From: Actinomycetes bacterium
GTDB lineage: Bacteria; Actinomycetota; Acidimicrobiia; IMCC26256; PALSA-555
Reading direction: 5' to 3'
Assembly: GCA_037142235.1 (NCBI GenBank)
Contig: JBAXBB010000001.1
Coordinates: 7,784-71,783 of the forward strand
DNA length: 64,000 bases
Each line of letters opens with the position of its first letter. Position 1 is the stretch's first letter. Shown piece by piece: positions 14,976 to 22,522 of this stretch. Both the position numbers and the translations under genes were made by a program. The notes beneath the pieces are model-generated. The model was not told where the DNA came from and searched no databases. It was given only the letters and a program-made list of their open reading frames with translations.

Positions 14976-15383
14976 GTGCCTGACTCCGTCGAGCAGCGGC
15001 TGCGCGACCTGGGTGATTTCATCCGGGTCCAGCGTGAGCAGGCCCGGCTGTCGTTGCGCGGGCTGAGCGATCTCGCCGGGATCTCCAACCCGTACCTCAG
15101 TCAGATCGAGCGCGGGCTGCGCAAGCCGAGCGCGGAGATCCTCCAGCAGATCGCCCGGGGTCTGGCGATCTCCGCCGAGTCCCTCTACGAGCGGGCCGGG
15201 ATCCTCGATCCCCGGCCGCCCGGGCCGGGCCCCGACCTCGTGGCTGCCGTCCGGGCCACCCCCGACCTCGACGACCGCCACAAGCAGGTGCTGATCGACC
15301 TCTACCTGACGCTCCGCCGTCCGGAAGGTCCCGAGCCCGGTGCCGAGCCCGGTGCCGAGCCCGGTGGCCCGGGTCGGGCCTGA
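14976..15383 (+). CDS. XRE-family helix-turn-helix transcriptional regulator
   Basis: The HTH reads LSLRGLSDLAGISNPYLSQIERGLRKPSAEILQQIARGL. GTG lies 1 nt after the upstream stop. Confidence 0.8.
   Translation: MPDSVEQRLRDLGDFIRVQREQARLSLRGLSDLAGISNPYLSQIERGLRKPSAEILQQIARGLAISAESLYERAGILDPRPPGPGPDLVAAVRATPDLDDRHKQVLIDLYLTLRRPEGPEPGAEPGAEPGGPGRA
15333..15369 (+). repeat. 12-bp coding tandem repeat (gagcccggtgcc, about 3 copies) encoding EPGAEPGAEPG
   Basis: Direct repeats at the 3' end of the XRE gene. Confidence 0.7.
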
Positions 15384-15445
15384 GCCGGGCCGGGGAGGCG
15401 CTTCCCGGGGGAATGTTCCCGGGGGTCGGTAGGCTTTGCCCCGGT

Positions 15446-16663
15446 ATGGTCAGGCGAGCAGCGGTCTTCTCCCTGCACACATCACCCCTCGCCCAGCCCG
15501 GCCGGGGCGACGGTGGCGGTATGAACGTCTACGTGCGGTCGTACGCGTCCGCCCTGGCGTCGGCGGGCTTCGAGTGCGACCTGTTGACCCTGGCCCCGCA
15601 GCCGGGGGGAGCAACGCCCGAGGTCGTGGAGGTCGAGCCGGGGGTCCGGGTCGTCCACCTCCCGATCGGCGTCGCCGGGGTCCGCAAGGAAGCCCTCCTC
15701 GACCACCACGACGCCCTAGCCGACGCGGCCGAGCGCTGGCTCACCACCGATGGCGTCGCCGACGTCCTGCACGCCCATTACTGGGTGTCGGGCGCCGTGG
15801 CCCACACGCTCAAGCACCGGATCGGGCTGCCGTTGGTCACCACCTTCCACACGCTCGCCCGCGCCAAGCAGGACGCCGGGATCCACGACGATCCTGACCA
15901 CCGCTTCGAGGTCGAGGCCGCGGTCGTGCGTTGCTCCGACGGGCTGGTGGTCTCCACCACCGAGGAGCGCGACCTGCTCGTGGGGGCGTACGACGCCGAT
16001 CCGGGTCGGATCGAGGTCATCCCGCCGGGGGTCGATCACGCGGTGTTCACCCCCGGTGACCGCACCGTGTTACGGAAGCGACTGGGCCTCGGCGGAGCCC
16101 CGATGCTGCTGTTCGTCGGTCGGATCCAGCCGCTCAAGGGCCTCGACGTCGCGGTGCGGGCGCTCGCGGCGCTCGGCCGACCCGACGCCCACCTCGTGGT
16201 GGTCGGTGGTCCGAGCGGCGCCGAAGGCGACGCCGAGCTGGCCCGGGTGCACGGCCTGGTGGCCGAGCTCGGACTCGGCGCCCGGGTGCACTTCGAGGAG
16301 CCCCAGGAGCACGAGCGCCTGGCCGAGTACTACCGCGCCGCCGACGTGGTGCTCGTCCCGTCGCGCACGGAGTCGTTCGGCCTGGTCGCGCTCGAGGCGG
16401 CGGCGTGCGGCGTGCCGGTGGTGGCTGCCGCGGTGGGGGGCCTCCCGTCGATCGTGGAACACGGCGTCAGTGGATTCCTGGTGCCCGAGCGTGATCCGGA
16501 CGCCTACGCCGAGCGGGTCGCCGCAGTGCTTGCCGATCCCGACGGCTCGCTGCGCGTGCGAGCGGCCGAGCGTGCCGACCGCTTCACCTGGGGACTGGCG
16601 GCGGCGCGTCTGCGGCGCCTCTACCTCGACGTGCCGGCGCGCGAACTCGTGCAGTGCACGTAG
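15446..16663 (+). CDS. mshA: D-inositol-3-phosphate glycosyltransferase (mycothiol biosynthesis)
   Basis: MVRRAAVFSLHTSPLAQPGRGDGGGMNVYV is the characteristic MshA N-terminus. A GT4 C-terminal E...E motif region is present. The adjacent YbjN gene matches the Mycobacterium arrangement. Confidence 0.85.
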   Translation: MVRRAAVFSLHTSPLAQPGRGDGGGMNVYVRSYASALASAGFECDLLTLAPQPGGATPEVVEVEPGVRVVHLPIGVAGVRKEALLDHHDALADAAERWLTTDGVADVLHAHYWVSGAVAHTLKHRIGLPLVTTFHTLARAKQDAGIHDDPDHRFEVEAAVVRCSDGLVVSTTEERDLLVGAYDADPGRIEVIPPGVDHAVFTPGDRTVLRKRLGLGGAPMLLFVGRIQPLKGLDVAVRALAALGRPDAHLVVVGGPSGAEGDAELARVHGLVAELGLGARVHFEEPQEHERLAEYYRAADVVLVPSRTESFGLVALEAAACGVPVVAAAVGGLPSIVEHGVSGFLVPERDPDAYAERVAAVLADPDGSLRVRAAERADRFTWGLAAARLRRLYLDVPARELVQCT

Positions 16664-17109
16664 ACGACCTCGCCGACCGGTACGCCGCGGCGTTCGAACT
16701 CTGCCAGCACCACCTCGAAGGCTCGGTGGCGGCCGAGCCGTGGATCCAGACGGTGGAGTTCGAGGCGGAGATCCCGCGGTGGTACGTCCGGTTCGGCTGC
16801 GACGGCCGCGACGCCGCGACGATCTACTTCGACCTCCACCAGCGGTCGCTGCACTACGAGATCTACTTCCTGCCCGACCCGCCGGGGCAGCCGTTGGCGC
16901 TCTACCGGTTCCTGCTCGAACGCAACCACTCGCTCTACGGCGCGCACTTCTCGCTCGGACCCGACGGTGACCTCTACCTCACGGGTCGGGTGCTGCTGGA
17001 GCACCTCGACGAAGACGAGCTCGATCGCATCATCGGGGTGTGTTACGAGGTCACCGAGCGCTGGTTCCCGACGGTGGTCCGACTCGCGTACGGACCGCCC
17101 CGCCCCTGA
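16654..17109 (+). CDS. YbjN domain protein
   Basis: WYVRFGCDGRDAATIYFDLHQRSLHYEIYF...LYLTGRV fits the YbjN-like pattern. It is syntenic with the mshA neighbour in mycobacteria. Confidence 0.6.
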   Translation: MHVDDLADRYAAAFELCQHHLEGSVAAEPWIQTVEFEAEIPRWYVRFGCDGRDAATIYFDLHQRSLHYEIYFLPDPPGQPLALYRFLLERNHSLYGAHFSLGPDGDLYLTGRVLLEHLDEDELDRIIGVCYEVTERWFPTVVRLAYGPPRP

Positions 17110-17360
17110 TCGGCCCGGTGAGCCCCTGGCGGTGCGAGTGGCCTCGCCCCGGGGACGGCGAGGTGGCCGACGAACCGCGTCCGGTGGCCCGCGGTGTCGG
17201 TCGTCGCCGGACGCGTGGTCGCCACGAGGATCTCGGCCGGAGGTCACGTTCGCCGGCACGGCGGTCCTGTGCGTTCGGCACCCGGGGGGCCGGGGCCGGG
17301 TGCGTTCGGGGAAGTGCGCACCGGGCCGGAAGTTCCCCGGGTGCCGCCGCATCGCGCCGG

Positions 17361-17366
17361 TAGCCT
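17361..17366 (+). promoter_or_regulatory. -10 box TAGCCT, 6 nt before the GTG at 17373 (leaderless)
   Basis: tagcct at 17361-17366, then cgacgg, then GTG. Confidence 0.45.
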
Positions 17367-17372
17367 CGACGG

Positions 17373-18182
17373 GTGACCCGGTTGGCCCTCCTGGGCGGTG
17401 GACGGATGGGTGAGGCCCTGCTCGGTGGGCTGGTCGACGCCGGCTGGGACCCTGGGTCCTTGAGCGTGGCCGAGCCCGACGCCGATCGGCGCCGGGCCCT
17501 CGAGGCCGCCTTTCCCTCCGCCCGGGTCGTGCCGTCGCCGGCCTGGGCCGTCCCCGACGCCGCCGTGGTGGTCGTGGCGGTCAAGCCCCACCACGTGGCC
17601 GAGGCGCTCGAGCAGGCCGGTCCGGCCCTCGCCGACGGCGCCCTGGTGCTCTCCATCGCCGCTGGCGTGACCCTGGCCGCCCTCGAGGCGTGCTCGCCGG
17701 GGCGCCCGGTCGTGCGGGCGATGCCCAACACGCCGGCGTTGGTGCGCAAGGGGGTTTCGGCGATAGCAGGCGGAACCCACGCCACCGCCGGTGACCTCGA
17801 CCTCGCCGAGCGGGTCCTCGGCTCAGTGGGCGTGGTGGTGCGCGTGCCCGAGGGTCAACTCGACGCAGTCACGGGGCTGTCGGGCTCCGGCCCGGCCTAC
17901 GTGTTCCTCGTGGCCGAGGCGCTGATCGAGGCCGGGGTGCTGGTCGGTCTACCGCGTGACGTCGCCCGGACCCTCGTGGCCCAGACCCTGGTGGGCTCGG
18001 CGGCCCTCCTCGCCGCTGGCGACGAGACCCCGGAGGCCCTGCGCGCCGCCGTCACCTCACCGGGCGGTACCACCGCCGCCGGTCTGGCGGCTCTCGAGGC
18101 CCATGGCGTGCGGGCCGCGCTCCTCGACGCGGTGCGGGCCGCAACCGACCGCTCTCGCGAACTCGGGCGTCCCCCGAGCTGA
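17373..18182 (+). CDS. proC: Pyrroline-5-carboxylate reductase
   Basis: N-terminal Rossmann LALLGGGRMGEALLGG and SPGGTTAAGL, the ProC signature. Confidence 0.9.
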   Translation: MTRLALLGGGRMGEALLGGLVDAGWDPGSLSVAEPDADRRRALEAAFPSARVVPSPAWAVPDAAVVVVAVKPHHVAEALEQAGPALADGALVLSIAAGVTLAALEACSPGRPVVRAMPNTPALVRKGVSAIAGGTHATAGDLDLAERVLGSVGVVVRVPEGQLDAVTGLSGSGPAYVFLVAEALIEAGVLVGLPRDVARTLVAQTLVGSAALLAAGDETPEALRAAVTSPGGTTAAGLAALEAHGVRAALLDAVRAATDRSRELGRPPS

Positions 18183-18184
18183 AC

Positions 18185-18201
18185 CGGCCGCCGGGCGGCC
18201 G
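18185..18201. terminator. GC hairpin (CGGCCGC-cgg-GCGGCCG) between convergent proC and the reductase gene
   Basis: 7-bp perfect stem with a 3-nt loop and no U-tract. Confidence 0.3.
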
Positions 18202-18220
18202 CCGACCCGGGCAGCCGGAT

Positions 18221-19483
18221 TCAGGCGGCGCGGGGTTCGGGCGTGACCTTCACGATGGCGGCGACCATCTTGTAGACGGTCTCCGCTCCCCCTCGTTCTT
18301 CGGGACGCATGAGGTTGGCCATGATCCGCAGGACCCACTCCATGAGGGTTCGGGACCGGAACCCGACCCGGGTGAGTTCGCGCATCACCGCCGGGTTCCC
18401 GATGGCGCGGACGAAGGTCCGGGCGACCTTGTAGTAGAGGCCGTAGGTCTCCTCGAGCCGAGCCGGGTAGCGCTCGAGCGCTCGGGCGTCGCCGGTGCGC
18501 AGGGCCTGGTCCAGGACGTCGGCGGCGATGCGGCCGGTTTCGTAGGCCAGGGAGATGCCCTCGCCGTTGAACGGATTGACCGATCCGAGGGCGTCGCCGG
18601 CGGTGAGCCATCCGGGCCCGACCGACGGCTTCACCGAGAGCCCGGTCGGGAGCCGGCCCCCCGTGGGGGCGCCACAGGAGGTGTCGGCGGAGATGCCCCA
18701 CGAACGCGGCGCCGACGCGCAGAACGCTTCCATGAGGTGTGAGGTGTTGATGTCCTTCCAGCCCCGGAAGGTCGAGAGGAGCCCCACCCCGACGTTGACC
18801 GTGCCGTCTCCCACCGGGAAGATCCAGCCGTATCCCGGAAGCGATTCGCCGTTCTTGTCGCGGATGTCCAGGTGTGACTCGATCCACGGGTCGTCGTGGA
18901 GCGGGCTGGTGAAGTAGCCCCGCACGGCCATTCCGAGGGGGTAGGAGCGGTCGCGGCGGGTGCCCAGGGCGCGTCCGAAACGCGAGTTGGCTCCGTCGGC
19001 GACCAGCACGTAGCGGGCCCGGACCTCCTCGGTGACCCCGGAGTCCTTCCGCAGGACCCGGGCCCCGATCACCGCCCCGGCCTCGACGACCGGCTCCACG
19101 GCCTCGGTCCCGGTCCAGAGCGTGGCTCCGGCCGCCACCGCCCGGTCGGCGACCATCTCGTCGAGGTCCCGACGCCGCACCACGTAGCCGTGGGACGGAA
19201 AGTCAGGGTGGTCGGGCCAGGTCAACTCGAGGGTCACCCCGTGGCCCATCGAGCGCAGCCCGTCGTAGCGATGGAACCCGGCCAAGCGCTCCTCGAGACC
19301 CATGGCGGTGAGCTGGGCCACCGCCCGGGGGGTCAGGCCGTCTCCGCAGGTCTTCTCCCGCGGGAACCGCTTGCGCTCGACCACGAGCACCCGGTGCCCC
19401 TGCTCGGCCAGCCAGTAGGCGGCGCTGGCGCCCGCCGGTCCGGCGCCGACCACCACTACGTCCCAGTGTTCCACGCCCGCCAT
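18221..19483 (-). CDS. Geranylgeranyl reductase family flavoprotein (MenJ-like menaquinone reductase candidate)
   Basis: From ATG at 19483: MAGVEHWDVVVVGAGPAGASAAYWLAEQGHRVLVVERKRFPREKTCGDGLTP. GGAGG lies 8 nt upstream. Confidence 0.8.
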   Translation of the reverse strand: MAGVEHWDVVVVGAGPAGASAAYWLAEQGHRVLVVERKRFPREKTCGDGLTPRAVAQLTAMGLEERLAGFHRYDGLRSMGHGVTLELTWPDHPDFPSHGYVVRRRDLDEMVADRAVAAGATLWTGTEAVEPVVEAGAVIGARVLRKDSGVTEEVRARYVLVADGANSRFGRALGTRRDRSYPLGMAVRGYFTSPLHDDPWIESHLDIRDKNGESLPGYGWIFPVGDGTVNVGVGLLSTFRGWKDINTSHLMEAFCASAPRSWGISADTSCGAPTGGRLPTGLSVKPSVGPGWLTAGDALGSVNPFNGEGISLAYETGRIAADVLDQALRTGDARALERYPARLEETYGLYYKVARTFVRAIGNPAVMRELTRVGFRSRTLMEWVLRIMANLMRPEERGGAETVYKMVAAIVKVTPEPRAA

Positions 19484-19610
19484 CGTCGCGCCTCCGTTCC
19501 AGGGTTCCCAACCCGGGACCGGCCCCCCGGATTCCTCGCCCGGAGACCCGGCCCCGGATGCAAACCGGGCCCCAGGGCCGGGGTAGCGTGGGCGGCACCA
19601 ACTGCACACC

Positions 19611-19656
19611 GGACCAGGGGGTCCAGGGACCTTCCGGACCGTACGGTCCGCTGGAC
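19611..19656. promoter_or_regulatory. Array of six GGWCC pentamers including a perfect 16-bp palindrome CGGACCGTACGGTCCG (19635-19650)
   Basis: The sequence is GGACC-n4-GGTCC-n2-GGACC-n4-GGACC-GTAC-GGTCC-n3-GGAC. It lies 20-65 nt upstream of the first gene of the bc cluster, in the divergent intergenic region. Confidence 0.4.
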
Positions 19657-19675
19657 GTGGGAGGAGAACGGCCCG

Positions 19676-20383
19676 ATGCCCAACTTGCTGCCCGACTGGC
19701 TGCCATGGATCCAGCCGGCGGGCCGGCTGATCTGGTCGAGCATTCTGCTGGTCGTCGGGGTGAGCTTCGTGGTCGCCCTGATGAAGCCGCCCGTGCTCAA
19801 GCGTCCGTTCCCCAACGTGGTGGGCTACTCGCTCTACCTCGTGGTGCCGGTGCTGGGCTGGGTCGTCGCCGTGCTCCTGCCGGACACGCTGGCGATCGCC
19901 GGCTGGGAGGTCGACGCGATCATCGTCGACCTCGTGCTGGTCTTCTTCGCCGCGCACACGCACCTGCTCATCGCCAGCCGTACGCCGCGGCCCGAGGGGT
20001 ACAAGGCCACCTGGGCCGAGTGCTACCTGGGTGCCGTCGGGGCCTTCGCACTGCTGGCCCTCGCCTACGGCGTCGTCCCGCACGAGTGGATGACCTTCGC
20101 CAACGGCTACCTGCGCTGGGGTGACACTTCCCAGTTCCTCTGGCGCTCCGGCCAGGACATGCTCTTCTTCCCGTGGCACTGGCCGTTCAACCTCGACTAC
20201 CCGGCGTTGCGCGACATCGCCGTGTCGGGTCTCTACGGGGTGCTGCTCGGCCTCAACATCGCGCTGTTCGCCCAGTGGCAGAAGCGCAACCAGGTCGTCG
20301 AGGCCCCGGCCGCGGACTCCACCCCGACCAAGCGCTCGCGCTTCGGTCGCCCGCTGCGGCGCGCGGCCGCCGGAGAGGTCTGA
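19676..20383 (+). CDS. Polytopic membrane protein, unknown function (first gene of the bc-type cluster)
   Basis: From ATG at 19676, preceded by GGGAGGAG. About 5 TM helices. I recognise no family. Confidence 0.6.
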   Translation: MPNLLPDWLPWIQPAGRLIWSSILLVVGVSFVVALMKPPVLKRPFPNVVGYSLYLVVPVLGWVVAVLLPDTLAIAGWEVDAIIVDLVLVFFAAHTHLLIASRTPRPEGYKATWAECYLGAVGAFALLALAYGVVPHEWMTFANGYLRWGDTSQFLWRSGQDMLFFPWHWPFNLDYPALRDIAVSGLYGVLLGLNIALFAQWQKRNQVVEAPAADSTPTKRSRFGRPLRRAAAGEV

Positions 20384-20387
20384 TCCG

Positions 20388-20804
20388 ATGGCGCGCACGG
20401 ATGCCAATCCGCCGATGCCGGAGTTCGTCACCGACTACCGGTTGCAGGAGGTCGACCCCTCCTACCTGACCGCGTCGGTCAAGCCGAAGCAGTTCCTCCA
20501 CATCGACCAAGAGGAGTGCATCCTCTGCGAGGGCTGCGTCGACATCTGCCCGTGGAAGTGCATCCACATGCTCTCGGTCTCCGCGATCAGCGATGCCGTG
20601 GGCACCGAGCTCCCGGGCGAGATCGACCCCCGGGACCACGTCGCCTTCGTCGTCGACGAAGACGTCTGCACGCGGTGCGCCCTGTGCGTCGACCGCTGCC
20701 CCACCGGAGTCATCGTCCTCGGCAAGATCAGTCCCGACGTCGCCGACGGCGACCCTCACACCCGGACCTCTCGGAACGGCTACGCCTACGGCGTGCGGTT
20801 CTGA
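20388..20804 (+). CDS. 2x[4Fe-4S] ferredoxin-domain protein
   Basis: CILCEGCVDICP and CTRCALCVDRCP are two CxxCxxCxxxCP motifs. No TM helix. The start is 4 nt after the upstream stop. Confidence 0.8.
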   Translation: MARTDANPPMPEFVTDYRLQEVDPSYLTASVKPKQFLHIDQEECILCEGCVDICPWKCIHMLSVSAISDAVGTELPGEIDPRDHVAFVVDEDVCTRCALCVDRCPTGVIVLGKISPDVADGDPHTRTSRNGYAYGVRF

Positions 20805-20833
20805 GCAGAATCACGGATCAGGAGCGAAGTCCC

Positions 20834-21622
20834 GTGGCGAACGGAAATGGATCAGGAGGCGCTGGCGACAAGCTGTCGGTCGTCCTCGACAAGACCGACG
20901 AGAAGATCCGCGGCTCGCAGGCGTGGAACGCCATCTTCCGTCCGGGCTCGGTCTACCGCCGGGGCTACACCGACAGCCCCCGCAACCGGTCCTACGTGAT
21001 CATGAACAACGTGCTGTACCACCTTCACCCGGTGAAGGTGAAGCGGCACGCCGTGAAGGTGTCGTACACGCTGTGCCTCGGCGGACTCTCGTTCTTCTTG
21101 TTCATGCTCCTCACCGTCACCGGCATCTTCTTGATGTTCTTCTACCGGCCGACCGCCGTCTCGGCCTGGGACGACATCAAGACGCTCGAGACGGCCGTCA
21201 CCTTCGGGTCCCTCGTGCGCAACATGCACCGATGGGCGGCGCACCTCATGGTGCTCTCCGTCTTCTTGCACATGTGTCGCGTCTTCTACCACGGGGCCTA
21301 CAAGGCGCCGCGTGAGTTCAACTGGGTCATCGGCGTGATCCTGCTCACGCTCACCCTGCTCCTCTCCTTCACCGGGTACCTCCTCCCCTGGGACCAGCTC
21401 GCGCTCTGGGCCGTCACCGTCGGGACCAACATGATGGGATACACACCGGTGTTCGGGAGCAGCGTGAAGTACGTGCTCCTCGGATCCAAGGAGATCGGCA
21501 GCGACACCTTGCTGCGTTGGTACGTGCTCCATGTGCTCTTGTTTCCGTTCGTCACCGTCATCTTCATGGCCGTCCACTTCTGGCGGGTCCGGAAGGACGG
21601 CGGCATCTCGGGTCCGCTCTAG
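20834..21622 (+). CDS. qcrB: Cytochrome b, short b6/Firmicute QcrB type (4 TM)
   Basis: Helix B His pair MHRWAAHLMVLSVFLH. Helix D pair LHVLLFPFVTVIFMAVH (b6-type spacing). TLCLGG aligns with the heme-ci Cys of b6/QcrB. The protein ends RKDGGISGPL, like Bacillus QcrB. Confidence 0.85.
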   Translation: MANGNGSGGAGDKLSVVLDKTDEKIRGSQAWNAIFRPGSVYRRGYTDSPRNRSYVIMNNVLYHLHPVKVKRHAVKVSYTLCLGGLSFFLFMLLTVTGIFLMFFYRPTAVSAWDDIKTLETAVTFGSLVRNMHRWAAHLMVLSVFLHMCRVFYHGAYKAPREFNWVIGVILLTLTLLLSFTGYLLPWDQLALWAVTVGTNMMGYTPVFGSSVKYVLLGSKEIGSDTLLRWYVLHVLLFPFVTVIFMAVHFWRVRKDGGISGPL

Positions 21623-21640
21623 GCCGAGGAGGATCGATCC

Positions 21641-22477
21641 ATGGCTGAAGTCCCCGAACACCTGTTGCGAAGGTCGGCCGAGCGCCGTAAGGCTCTCGGC
21701 GGCGAAGGCGGAGACGGCGGCGAAGGCGCGCCTGCAGCCGACGCCTCCGCACCCGACGCCGCGCCGGTCGTGGCCGAGGCGGCTCCCGCCGCGGCCACGA
21801 GCAGCGAGCCCATGGCCGACGTCGAGACCGCAAGCGGCGCCAAGATCCCGGCGCACCTGCTCGAGCGGGCGCAGCGCCGCAAGGCTGCGGTCGCGGGCGG
21901 CGAGGCCGGCGCGGCCGGCGTCGTCGCGGCGGCGGCCACGGCCACGATCGCACCGCCGTCGGCCGGGGTCACCGGGCCGGGCGGGCACACCCAGCGCCTG
22001 CTGACCGTCGTCAAGTCTGGCTCGATCCAGCAGACCAAGGCCGAGGCCCAGGACAAGGTCCACACCTGGCCCCACCTGCTCGTGGTCGAGTTGGGCTCGA
22101 TCTTGATCGTGCTGGCCACCGTCACGATGTTCTCCGCACTGGTGCGGGCGCCCCTGCTCGCGCTGGCCGACTTCAACAAGACGCCGAACCCGTCGAAGGC
22201 ACCCTGGTACTTCCTGGGCCTCCAGGAGCTCCTCACCATGTTCCACCCGATGGTGGCCGGCGTGACGATCCCGGGCGTGGCGCTCGGGCTCGCAGCCCTC
22301 GCACCGTTCTACGACAAGAACCCGTCGAACAAGCCCGACGACCGGCGGTTCGCGATCGCCATCTTCACCCTGTTCATCATGTTGTGGGCGGTGCTCGTCG
22401 TGATCGGTTCGTTCTTCCGGGGGCCGGGATTCAACTTCGTCTTCCCCTGGAAGGACGGCATCTTCTTCGAGCTGTAG
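21641..22477 (+). CDS. Cytochrome b C-terminal / subunit IV-like protein with duplicated N-terminal extension
   Basis: APWYFLGLQELL sits at the PEWY (Qo) position, followed by 3 TM helices. About 120 aa of Ala/Gly-rich N-terminal extension carry two PxHLLxR-x3-RRKA motifs. Confidence 0.8.
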   Translation: MAEVPEHLLRRSAERRKALGGEGGDGGEGAPAADASAPDAAPVVAEAAPAAATSSEPMADVETASGAKIPAHLLERAQRRKAAVAGGEAGAAGVVAAAATATIAPPSAGVTGPGGHTQRLLTVVKSGSIQQTKAEAQDKVHTWPHLLVVELGSILIVLATVTMFSALVRAPLLALADFNKTPNPSKAPWYFLGLQELLTMFHPMVAGVTIPGVALGLAALAPFYDKNPSNKPDDRRFAIAIFTLFIMLWAVLVVIGSFFRGPGFNFVFPWKDGIFFEL

Positions 22478-22522
22478 CGGTTGATCGGTAGACGGAAGCA
22501 TTCGGGAACGTAGGAGCAAGTC

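Noticed and set aside
15413-15445. ORF-track start of mshA at 15413
   Set aside because: It adds MFPGVGRLCPG upstream of the conserved MshA N-terminus. A TAGGCT -10-like hexamer (15430-15435) lies inside this extension, which would put the TSS downstream of 15413. ATG at 15446 is preferred. Its geometry (a 4-nt leader) is not the exact leaderless pattern, so the promoter call is left out of the features.
17110-17372. tRNA or other canonical RNA gene in the 263-nt ybjN-proC gap
   Set aside because: There is no GTTCRANYC T-loop box and no cloverleaf-compatible arrangement. Only GC-rich hairpins and a direct repeat are present. It is reported as a structured region of unknown role instead.
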